A stretch of 64,000 nucleotides of DNA. Source: Macrostomum lignano. Lineage: Eukaryota. Position numbers and translations under genes: made by a program. The notes beneath the pieces are model-generated. The model was not told where the DNA came from. It saw only the letters and a list, made by a program, of their open reading frames with translations, and searched no databases. Positions 13,601 to 25,100 of the stretch are shown here, in pieces; the first letter of the stretch is position 1; every line of letters starts with the position of its first letter. The stretch is taken from positions 16,559 through 80,558 of the forward strand of contig NIVC01003723.1 of assembly GCA_002269645.1 (NCBI GenBank), read 5' to 3'.

Positions 13601-16600
13601 TCTCCAAATTGATAACACAGGGTCTCCAAATTGATAACACAGGGTCTCCAAATTGATAACACAGGATCTCTAGATTGATAACACAGGATCTCTAGATTGA
13701 TAACACAGGATCTCCAGATTGATAACACAGGATCTCTAGATTGATAACACAGGATCTCCAGATTGATAACACAGGGTCTCCAAATTGATAACACAGGGTC
13801 TCCAAATTAATAACACAGGATCTCTAGATTGATAACACAGGATCTCCAGATTGATAACACAGGATCTCTAGATTGATAACAGGGTCTCTAGATTGATAAC
13901 ACAGGATCTCTAGATTGATAACAGGGTCTCTAGATTGATAACACAGGGTCTCCAAATTGATAACACAGGATCTCCAAATTGATAACACAGGATCTCCAAA
14001 TTGATAACACAGGATCTCCAAATTGATAACACAGGATCTCCAAATTGATAACACAGGATCTCCAAATTGATAACACAGAATCTCTAGATTGATAACACAG
14101 GATCTCTGGATTGATAACACAGGGTCTCCAAATTGATAACACAGGGTCTCTAGATTGATAACACAGGGTCTCCAAATTGATAACACAGGGTCTCCAAATT
14201 GATAACACAGGGTCTCTAGATTGATAACACAGGGTCTCTAAATTGATAACACAGGATCTCTAGATTGATAACACAGGGTCTCCAAATTGATAACACAGGA
14301 TCTCTAGATTGATAACAGGGTCTCTAGATTGATAACACAGGATCTCTAGATTGATAACACAGGATCTCTAGATTGATAACACAGGATCTCTAGATTGATA
14401 ACGGAATCGCTAGATTGCTAACAGGGTCTCCAAATTGATAACACAGGATCTCTAGATTAATAACACAGGATCTCTAGATTGATAACACAGGATCTCTAGA
14501 TTGATAACGGAATCGCTAGATTGCTAACAGGGTCTCCAAATTGATAACACAGGATCTCCAGATTGATAACACAGGATCTCTAGATTGATAACACAGGATC
14601 TCCAAATTGATAACACAGGATCTCTAGATTGATAACACAGGATCTCTAGATTGATAACACAGGATCTCCAAATTGATAACACAGGATCTCCAAATTGATA
14701 ACACAGGATCTCTAGATTGATAACACAGGATCTCTAGATTGATAACACAGGATCTCTAGATTGATAACACAGGATCTCTAGATTGATAACACAGGATCTC
14801 TAGATTGATAACACAGGATCTCCAAATTGATAACACAGGATCTCTAGATTGATAACACAGGATCTCTAGATTGATAACACAGGATCTCTAGATTGATAAC
14901 ACAGGATCTCTAGATTGATAACACAGGATCTCTAGATTGATAACACAGGATCTCCAAATTGATAACACAGGATCTCCAAATTGATAACACAGGATCTCTA
15001 GATTGATAACACAGGATCTCCAGATTGATAACACAGGATCTCCAGATTGATAACACAGGATCTCTAGATTGATAACACAGGATCTCTAGATTGATAACAC
15101 AGGATCTCCAAATTGATAACACAGGATCTCTAGATTGATAACACAGGGTCTCCAAATTGATAACACAGGATCTCCAAATTGATAACACAGGATCTCCAAA
15201 TTGATAACACAGGATCTCCAAATTGATAACACAGGATCTCTAGATTGCTAACAGGGTCTCCAAATTGATAACACAGGATCTCTAGATTGCTAACAGGGTC
15301 TCCAAATTGATAACACAGGATCTCTAGATTGATAACACAGGATCTCTAGATTGCTAACAGGGTCTCCAAATTGATAACACAGGATCTCTAGATTGATAAC
15401 ACAGGGTCTCCAAATTGATAACACAGGATCTCTAGATTGATAACAGGGTCTCTAGATTGCTAACAGGGTCTCCAAATTAATAACACAGGATCTCTAGATT
15501 GATAACAGGGTCTCCAAATTGATAACACAGGATCTCTAGATTGCTAACAGGGTCTCCAAATTGATAACACAGGATCTCTAGATTGATAACAGGGTCTCTA
15601 GATTGCTAACAGGGTCTCCAAATTGATAACACAGGATCTCTAGATTGATAACACAGGATCTCTAGATTGATAACACAGGATCTCTAGATTGATAGCACAG
15701 GGTCTCTAGATTGCTAACACAGGATCTCTAGATTGATAACACAGGATCTCTAGATTGATAACACAGGATCTCCAGATTGATAACACAGGATCTCTAGATT
15801 GATAACACAGGGTCTCCAAATTGATAACACAGGATCTCTAGATTGATAACACAGGGTCTCTAGATTGATAACACAGGATCTCTAGATTGATAACACAGGA
15901 TCTCCAGATTGATAACACAGGGTCTCTAGATTGATAACACAGGATCTCTAGATTGATAACACAGGATCTCTAGATTGATAACACAGGGTCTCCAAATTGA
16001 TAACACAGGATCTCCAAATTGATAACACAGGATCTCTAGATTGATAACACAGGATCTCTAGATTGATAACACAGGATCTCCAAATTGATAACACAGGATC
16101 TCTAGATTGCTAACACAGGATCTCTAGATTGATAACACAGGATCTCTAGATTGATAACACAGGATCTCTAGATTGATAACACAGGATCTCTAGATTGATA
16201 ACACAGGGTCTCTAGATTGATAACACAGGATCTCTAGATTAATAACACAGGGTCTCCAAATTGATAACACAGGATCTCTAGATTGATAACACAGGATCTC
16301 TAGATTAATAACACAGGATCTCTAGATTGATAACACAGGATCTCTAGATTGATAACACAGGATCTCTAGATTGATAACACAGGGTCTCTAGATTGATAAC
16401 AGGGTCTCCAGAAAGGATTTGAAACAACTAGTTCAGTTGTAAAGAAGGAAGAGTAGAAAGCTTTTTACTTACCTCTGGTACAAGACGATTCAATATCATT
16501 TCCATATCAGTTCTAAAAGTTAGAAAATATAAAAAAATCAGGCACTATCCAACACCACAAACCAAAAGTACACAATATACTCACTTAACGGATGCATCCC

Positions 16601-17052
16601 AGGACTAAAATTGGAATGATGAGAAATGTACTTTAATAAACATTGACGTGTTATAGATTTTCAGTTTTCAGGAACCTCAGGCCACCAGAAGTGCATTTGG
16701 CCCCTATCTTTAAGCGTAAAAAAGATTGATTGACTTACTTCGTTCAAGCACAAACTTGCAGAGGTATGCTGAACTGAAAGTACAGCGTGAAAGTTGATAA
16801 TGACAGGTCATGAAATGCTTGAAATACTTTAGTATATTGAAATAGTTTCAATATTATGAGAACGATCAACTCACGCAACAAGTTGACGGTTCCAATTTTG
16901 ATTTTAGCAATCTCTGGTACAGACTTGATTAGATCCGTGATGTAGTGACAGCCTCGAGATTTGCCTGACACCTTCAGCACCGTCTGGTACCAGACTGTAG
17001 CACCGCTGACTGCGGCGGAGACTTTCGATGAGTTTGACAGAAATAGTGCCGT
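10656..17052 (-). CDS. UPF0047/YjbQ family protein; exons ~17052(or 17005)-16875, 16773-16739, 16604-16585, 16512-16473, 11350-11191, 10699-10656; start unresolved
   Basis: Spliced product ...VWYQTVLKVSGKSRGCHYITD...LQHTSASLCLNESWDASVKTDMEMILNRLVPEDQRYQHSCEGPDDMPAHAKAAILGCSLTIPISNGQMCLGTWQGIWLCEHRNHKSSRNIVVTVNGVEK* has the QHTSASL, H-x-x-EG-x-DDMPAH and LGTWQGI motifs; all junctions are phase-consistent. Confidence 0.9.
10790..11150. repeat. 23-bp repeat (CCCAAAACTCAAAGATCCCCAAT)n in the last YjbQ intron
   Basis: Direct tandem copies, degenerate toward both ends. Confidence 0.85.
11378..16410. repeat. ~5-kb minisatellite, 22-bp unit (TAGATTGATAACACAGGATCTC) with 20-bp and CCAAA variants, filling a YjbQ intron
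   Basis: Roughly 230 copies occupying nearly the whole intron 11351-16472. Confidence 0.97.
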
Positions 17053-17169
17053 CTTGCTTTAGTTGCTTGTATTACTGGTATCTTTAAAACTTGTCGTTCT
17101 TAATTTTTAATATCGCTTTGTTTTAGTTTTTGTATAAAACACAGGGTCTCTGGGGGAAGTGGACTGTCA

Positions 17170-17540
17170 GGAGAGACTGAGAAATGTCAGGAAAGGCTTA
17201 AAGATGCGGGAAAGGCTTAGAAATGTCAGGAAAGGCTTAGAGACATCAGGAGAGGCTTAGAGATGTCAGGAGAGGCTTAGAGATGTCAGAAGAGGCTTAG
17301 AGATGTCAGGAGAGGCTCAGAGATGTCAGGAGAGACTTAGAGATGTCAGGAGAGGCTTAGAGATGTCAGGAGAGACTTAGAGATGTCAGAAATGCTTAGA
17401 GGTGTCAAGACAGGCTGAGAAACGTCAGGACAGACTTAAAAATGTCAGGAAAGGCTGAGAGGTGTCAGGAGAGGCTTATAGATAACAGGAGAGTTCTAGA
17501 GATGTCAAGAAAATCTTACAGATGTCAGGAGAGGCTTGTA
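17170..17540. repeat. 20-bp degenerate repeat (AGATGTCAGGAGAGGCTTAG)n
   Basis: About 18 copies upstream of the first identified YjbQ coding exon. Confidence 0.85.
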
Positions 17541-18369
17541 ATATTACCTAAATAACGCTGTAAACTGTCTTTGCGACAAAAATGATTTAATTCGAAAAAA
17601 ACAGGAAACTCACAATCTCACAATATGACAACATTTATGATGATTTGGCCACACGCGATGAACTGCGCATGGCGGTGCTCCAATAATATACATCAGTAGC
17701 AGTAGCATATATATTTCAACCACATATCAATATTACAAGTAGACAAAGCTTTATTTCAAGCAGTTGAAGCAAAAATAGGGATTATACTTGTACTATTAAT
17801 TTTCTGAAACACTCACGAGGCTCTAAATTAATTTAATATCTTTAATGACCCAAGCGAACTTACCAAACACCGGATACTGTATGTATTACATTCTCTGGAA
17901 GGCATATCGTATAATAATTGTACATTATTAAGATGGACCCTAAACTGCAGCAGACAATGCGTCTCGTGCTGTACATTAAACGCCCAAAACCGAAGAAGGA
18001 AGGTTGCATAACAAATATAACAAAATACACGGCAAAATAATCATGCATAGGGAAAGAGCGGAGAGACAGAGGGACATTTTGAAAGCTGAAAGAAACTCAA
18101 TTAAAATCAAACACTTAAAGCTGGATAAAACAAATATTTGATTTGAAACAACATACTACTCAATATCGATTTTTATCGAGTAGTTAATAGGTATTTTTAT
18201 AGCAAAATATATGCACCGAGTTTTGGCATTGAAGAGTCAACTGAATACGCATCAAGCATCAGGGAGAGGAGAGAGAGAGAAGATGGGGAGGAGAGGAGAG
18301 AGAGGAGAGATGCTCCCGCACACCTCCACCCAGTGGAAGTAGCTACAGTACTGGGTTGCTAGGGGGGGG

Positions 18370-18560
18370 GGCCGTAGCCCAGCGGTAGCGCAGCTGCTCT
18401 GGTGTGCCGCGACCCAGGCTCGATTCCAAGTGCAGCCACATTAATTTGGGGCTGAATTGGAATCTCGGCTTGGCTCGCTCGTGCAATTAACGGCCTTGAG
18501 AGCCAACCCCCCCCCCCCCCAAGGCGCAGTGAAGTGTACATGCCTAACAATAAATAAAGT
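18370..18560 (+). mobile_element. tRNA-derived SINE-like element
   Basis: Pol III A box TAGCCCAGCGG (18375-18385) and B box GGCTCGATTCC (18417-18427) at tRNA-like spacing, followed by a unique body and an AATAAATAAA tail; no clean cloverleaf. Confidence 0.6.
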
Positions 18561-19159
18561 TAGGGCCGCTGTACACTCCTGTGGAGTGTGTGCCTGCGTA
18601 ACGTATCCGCGCGCTTGTATGCCTGCTCAGGGGAGTCGGCGGAATGGGCAGTAATGCCTCTCGCCGGTTGTGTGCCAATGACGCTTAAATTGCGCCAGGG
18701 TGCACACAACCCCCCTGCCTCTAATAAAAAAAACTGGGTTGCTATCACCGATATGTATCGTTAATAAGTTTATACACTCCGGAGTGAAAATTGGACTTTT
18801 TAGACTTGACAACAAAGGCTGGGGGACAATGAAATAATTAAAGATACAACAGAAAGCACGCAAAAAATTAATTTAACCGTAAAAGCCTCAAAGTCATGCA
18901 GCAGAGAAGGCACAGATACTAGAATGTTTAAATATGGTACTAGCGAAAGATGCGTTTATCTACTCCGTTTTCAGTAGCATAACTAGAATTTTTGTGTTTT
19001 TTTAAACTTGGACTTTCTATAACCAGACTCATGCAACTTGGCATACTTCAGCATATACTTCAGCAGTGTTTTCCTATTCAATTGTGTAAACTGAGCAAAA
19101 GTACTTATTCTAGAATCTGTGCAGAAAATCAACAAAGTTAGTAACAATATACATGTAGG

Positions 19160-22100
19160 TCACAGATCTGGTTGACTCGAATCGGTTGGCCGCAGAGCCA
19201 CAACGGTGCCAGCGGCGACTGTAACGCCCCGGTCTCTGAGCATGAACTTGCCTAACTCTCTACTATTAGTATAGACGTCGAGGCATAGCGGCCGGTCCAA
19301 TTGTAGTTCAACTTCGGCGCAGCAATTGCTGAGTATGTAGCGCGGATGCCGGCGCTCCAGCTGACCAGTGGATTTGTTAATCTGGGCTAGTAGGCGGATT
19401 ATCGTGACCGGGACTGACACGGCTTGCTGGTGGAATATTGCTTGGTAGCCCTGGATAGATAATAGTCGGTAAAGTAATTATAAACTATAAATCACCGCTT
19501 TGTAAAAATACGTGATTTGCCAACCTCTCCGGAGGGGGGATTGGAATCTAGTCCACTATACTAAATCTTATCAATTCAGAAATACGTGATTTGCCAACCT
19601 CCCCAGAGGGGGGATTGGAATCTAGTCCACTATACTAAATCTTATCAATGCAGAAATACGTGATTTGCCAACCTCTCCGGAGGGGGGATTGGAATCTAGT
19701 CCACTATACTAAATCTTATCAATTCAGAAATACGTGATTTGCCAACCTCCCCAGAGGGGGGATTGGAATCTAGTCCACTATACTAAATCTTATCAATGCA
19801 GAAATACGTGATTTGCCAACCTCTCCGGAGGGGGGTTGGAATCTAGTCTAATATACTAAAGTTGAGTTTGTTTGTTTGTTTGTTTGCTTGTAACAGAAAA
19901 TCTTGCGAACGGAATGACCGATTTTCTCCGTTTTTGCACCATTAGATGGCAAATTGTCCGGAATCGGTACACGTATTTTTAATAAGCAATCCAAATTAAA
20001 GAGGCCTCTCAATTGTCAGAAAACAGGTTTTTGCCCATCTCGCTAATGTATTTTTTCGGCAGTGAGAGCTTGCAAACGGTTTTGGCCATAGATTATAATG
20101 CTAATAGCTGTAGGCTGCTTGGTTTTTATGTAGCCCACTGCTTCCTTTCCTTCTTTCTTTTCTAAATTTGATGTTATCAAAACGATGAGAGCTAGCCTAG
20201 AGGTGAACAAACTGAACTGCTAAATGCAGCGACGATGGTTCGAATTTTCATAGAGTATAATTTTTTTAATTAAAGCTTTTCAACGTCAGGAAAACTAAAA
20301 GACTTTTTAAAAAGAAGCGTCATGTAAAAATCATAGAAGCGTCATGTAAACAATCATAGAAGCGTCATGTAAACAATCATTGAAGCGTCAATTAAAAATC
20401 ATTGAAGCGTCATTTAAAAATCATAAAAGCGTTATTTAAAAAAATCATAAAAGCGTCATGTAAAAAATCGTAGAAGCGCCATGTAAACAATCATAGAAGC
20501 GTCATGTAAAAAATCATAGAAGCGTCATGTAAAAAATCATAGAAGCGTCATGTAAACAATCATAGAAGCATCATGTAAAAAATCATTGAAGCGTCATTTA
20601 CAAATCATAGAAGCGTCATGTAAACAATCATATAAGCGTCATGTAAACAATCATAGAAGCGTCATGTAAACAATCATAGAAGCGTCATGTAAAAAATCAT
20701 AGAAGCGTCATGTAAAAAATCATAGAAGCGTCATGTAAACAATCATAGAAGCATCATGTAAAAAATCATTGAAGCGTCATTTACAAATCATAGAAGCGTC
20801 ATGTAAACAATCATAGAAGCGTCATGTAAACAATCATAGAAGCGTCACGTAAAAAATCGTAGAAGCGTCATGTAAACAATCATAGAAGCGTCATGTAAAA
20901 AGTCATAGAAGCGTCATGTAAAAAATCATAGTAGCGTCATGTAAAAAATCATAGAAGCGTCATGTAAAAAATCGTAGAAGCGCCATGTAAACAATCATAT
21001 AAGCGTCATGTAAACAATCATAGAAGCGTCATTTAAAAAATTAAGAAGCATCAGGGTACAATAAAAGAAGCGTCATGTCAGACATGAAGGGTGTCATGTA
21101 AAAATTTAATGCAGCTATAATGCTGTGCTGGGGAGAAAAACTGAGACGTAAAGGCTCTCAGAGAATAACTGAGATTACGGGGGGGGGGTTCTGAGATGTC
21201 AAAGCAAAAGTCAGAAGCTACTTCAAAGTTCATGTACTTTACTCAATTTTTTATTGCATTCTTTGTTGGCTCGCCACGGGGGGGCGCTGATAGAAGAAGA
21301 TTCATGTAAAAAATAAAAGTAGCACTATGTATACATAAAAGAAAAGTCTTGTCGAAGTTAAAAGATTCATTTGGGAATTGCTACAATGTCAAAGCTTGGT
21401 GGAAATTGTTATAGTGCTGTGATTCTTAAAGAAGGAATCACTAAAATGTCAAGGCTTAGGGGAGAAGAATTGCTGAGATTTCAAGGCTTTAGGTTGGGTT
21501 AAAGTTAGGTTTAGGTCAGGTGTGGGTTGAGGGTTATATTTTTATCGGGTTTCAAGGTTAACAGAATAACAGGGGATTTTTTAGATTTCAAGGTTTATGG
21601 GGGCCATCGCTGACATGTCAAGGCTTACGGGGGGAATAGCTGAGATGTCAAGGCTCACGGGGGTATAAATGAGATTTCAAGGCTAAAGTCAGAAGCTACA
21701 TGAAGTTTATTGAAAACTTTTTATTACATTATTTGATGCCTCCTCAGGGGAGGGATCGCTGATAAAAAAAGCGTAATGTAAAAAATAAAAGAAGCTTCAT
21801 GTCGAAGTTAAGAGATTCATTTGGGAATCCCTACGATGTCGAGGCTTGCAGGGAATCGCTATAATGCTGTAGTGCTATAATGACTCTTAGAGAGAATTAC
21901 TGAAATTTCAATGCTTTAGGGTTAGGTTAGGGTTAGGGTTAGGGTTAGGGTTAGGGTAGGCTAGGGTTAGGGTTAGAAGGTTGACAGATATTTTTAGATT
22001 TCCAAGGCTTATTGGGGGCATTGCTGAGATGTCAAGGGGGGAAGTTGATATGTTAAAGCTTGTGGGGGGGGGAATTACTGGCATGTCAAGGCTTACAAGG

Positions 22101-25100
22101 TTTGACAGGAGATTTTTTAAGATTTCAAGGATACATGTAGCTTATTAAAAAAACGTGTATTGCATTTTTTTGGCTCCCCAACGGGGGGCGTAGATTGCTA
22201 GTCCACTATACTAAATCTTTTCAATTCAGAAATACGTGATTTGCCAACCTCTTCGGAGGGGGGGGGTTGGAATCTAGTCCACTATACTAAATCTTATCAA
22301 TTCAGAAATACGTGATTTGCCAACATCTCCGGAGGGGGGATTGGAATCTAGTCCACTATACTGAATCTTATCAATTCAGAAATACGTGATTTGCCAACCT
22401 CTCCGGAGGGGGGATTGGAATCTAGTTCACTATACTAAATCTTATCAATTCAGAAATACGTGATTTGCCAACCTCTCCGGAGGGAGGATTGGAATCTAGT
22501 TCACTATACTAAATCTTATCAATTCAGAAATACGTGATTTGCCAACCTCTCCGGAGGGGGGATTGGAATCTAGTCCACTATACTAAATCTTATCAATGCA
22601 GAAATACGTGATTTGCCAACCTCTCCGGAGGGGGGATTGGATTCTAGTCCACTATACTAAATCTTATCAATTCAGAAATACGTGATTTGCCAACCTCTCC
22701 GGAGGGGGGATTGGAATCTAGTTCACTATACTAAATCTTATCAATGCAGAAATACGTGATTTGCCAACCTCTCCGGAGGGGGGATTGGAATCTAGTCCAC
22801 TATACTAAATCTTATCAATGCAGAAATACGTGATTTGCCAACCTCTCCGGAGGGGGGGTTGGAATCTAGTCCACTATACTAAATCTTATCAATTCAGAAA
22901 TACGTGATTTGCCAACCTCTCCGGAGGGGGGTTGGAATCTAGTCCACTATACTAAATCTTATCAATTCTGAAATACGTGATTTGCCAACCTCTCCGGAGG
23001 GGGGGTTGGAATCTAGTCCACTATACTAAATCTTATCAATTCAGAAATACGTGATTTGCCAACCTCTCCGGAGGGGGGATTGGAATCTAGTCCACTATAC
23101 TAAATCTTATCAATTCAGAAATACGTGATTTGCCAACCTCTCCGGAGGGGGGATTGGAATCTAGTCCACTATACTAAATCTTATCAATGCAGAAATACGT
23201 GATTTGCCAACCTCTCCGGAGGGGGGATTGGAATCTAGTCCACTATACTAAATCTTATCAATGCAGAAATACGTGATTTGCCAACCTCTCCGGAGGGGGG
23301 GGGGTTGGAATCTAGTCCACTATACTAAATCTTATCAATTCAGAAATACGTGATTTGCCAACCTCTCCGGAGGGGGGTTGGAATCTAGTCCAGAATACTA
23401 AAATATGAAGAGAATACATTTTTCTTCTGTGAAAATCATCAAAATTGTTATCAAAAGTCATCAAAATTGTCTTTAATAAGATTCTACTATTTATCGACTT
23501 ACTTTATGTCTGAAGCTTTTGTTAACCATGTATATTAAAACCTGTAAACATGTATATTAGTATAATGTATATTATATTAAGATAAGAAAACAAAGAAAAA
23601 TTCACCTTAGTAACCGGCTGGCTAACATTTATCAGAAGCAGTTTAGCTCTCAGCCGATTAGTACACGGACAGGGCATGGTCACGGAGGACAGCACCGACC
23701 CGGGCCCGAAGTGAGCCGGATCGACGCCACCCCCGGAAACGCTGATAGTGCCGGAATCGCCGGCAAAGATGGCCGAACCAGCAGCCGCGGAAGCATCCTG
23801 ACCGCTAGATGTCACAGCTTTAACTGTTATCCGTTGATTAGCAGGCAATAACAATAATTTATGACCTGGAGCCGCGTAGCCCGACAGTGCGTTGCCGAAG
23901 CAGGTCACCGCGCCGGAGCCGCCGGTGCCGCGACCGCCGGTGGATACCTCCGAGATGTAGAAGCGTAGCGGCTTGTCCACCGATCGGGGTGGCGGAGTTA
24001 AACGATCGATCAGGTCAACCAGTGTTGGTCCTGATGCGTACCTTTTGGGGTGGCGATTAGAAATTATGGGAAGTATTAATCATATTTGTTAATCATATCA
24101 ACATAGCTTGTTCAGATTATTATTTGTCTCCAGTGCAATATGTGATTTGACTAGAAAGCAGACTACTTACTGAATCTACTGGCTCAACTTACCAAATAGA
24201 TTATTCAATAGTATATACTAACTGAACTGAATCTATAAACCAGATTAACGAATACAAAACCCTGGCTACCGAATCAACAAATCAGGCTACCGAAACTACC
24301 AAGCGACTCACCAGGGACACAGTTCAGCTGACAAGGGCTTATTGAGATTGGCCCCCTCCAGGCCAGACACGGGACAATAGCTAACGCAGTCCGGCTTAAA
24401 CCCAACGGATTTCAAATAGACGCCAAGTTTGTCGCGAATTTCAGCGAATCGAGTCTCGGACCATTTGGCCGTGTCCATCTTGTTGATGGCCACCACCAGC
24501 TGGCCGATGCCCAGACCCCTGGCTAGCAGGGCATGCTCTCGGGTCTGGCCGCCCTGGTCGAAGCCGCTTTCAAATTCGCCTCTGGTGGCGTTGATCACCA
24601 GCAGGGCGGCGTCCGCGGCCATGGCGCCGCTGATCATGTTCGGTATGAAGTCCTTGTGACCGGGGCAATCTAGAAGATTAACTAGCCGGTGAGGCGTGCT
24701 CAGCTGACTACGAGCGACGTCCATTGTGACGCCGCGTTGGCGCTCCTCCTCGCTTTCGTCTAGGACCCAGGCGAATTGGAAGCTGGGCTTGCCGGCTTTG
24801 CGGCACTCCTTTAATGCATTTGGCAAGGGGAAGGCGATACTAAGAGTGAGGATAATAGGGGTCTGAGTGGCTCGCCCAGCAACTGAGGATCTGGGAGGCT
24901 GGCCCAGCAACTGAGGATCTGGGAGGCTGGCCCAGCAACTGAGGATCTGGGAGGCTGGCCCAGCAACTGAGGATCTGGGAGGCTGGCCCAGCAACTGAGG
25001 ATCTGGGAGGCTGGCCCAGCAACTGAGGATCTGGGAGGCTGGCCCAGCAACTGAGAATCTGGGAGGCTGGCCCAGCAACTGAGAATCTGGGAGGCTGGCC

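Larger units (their letters stand above)
19847..22201 (+). mobile_element. Non-autonomous Helitron-like element (~2355 bp)
   Basis: 5' end TCTAATATACTAAAGTTGAG(TTTG)n...GACCGATTTT resembles invertebrate non-autonomous Helitron 5' ends; the 3' end has a GCTCCCCAACGGGGGGC hairpin, then GTAGATTGCTAG followed by T. No Rep/helicase ORF. Confidence 0.75.

Noticed and set aside
12254-15221. MLSIWRSCVINLEILCYQ ORF series
   Set aside because: Translation of the 22-bp intronic array.
18370-18440. Functional tRNA gene
   Set aside because: Acceptor and T stems do not pair convincingly and the B box is mismatched; treated as a SINE head instead.
22202-23388. CRISPR-like appearance of regularly spaced palindromic repeats
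   Set aside because: Units are contiguous with no unique spacers, there are no cas genes, and the context is a eukaryotic intron.
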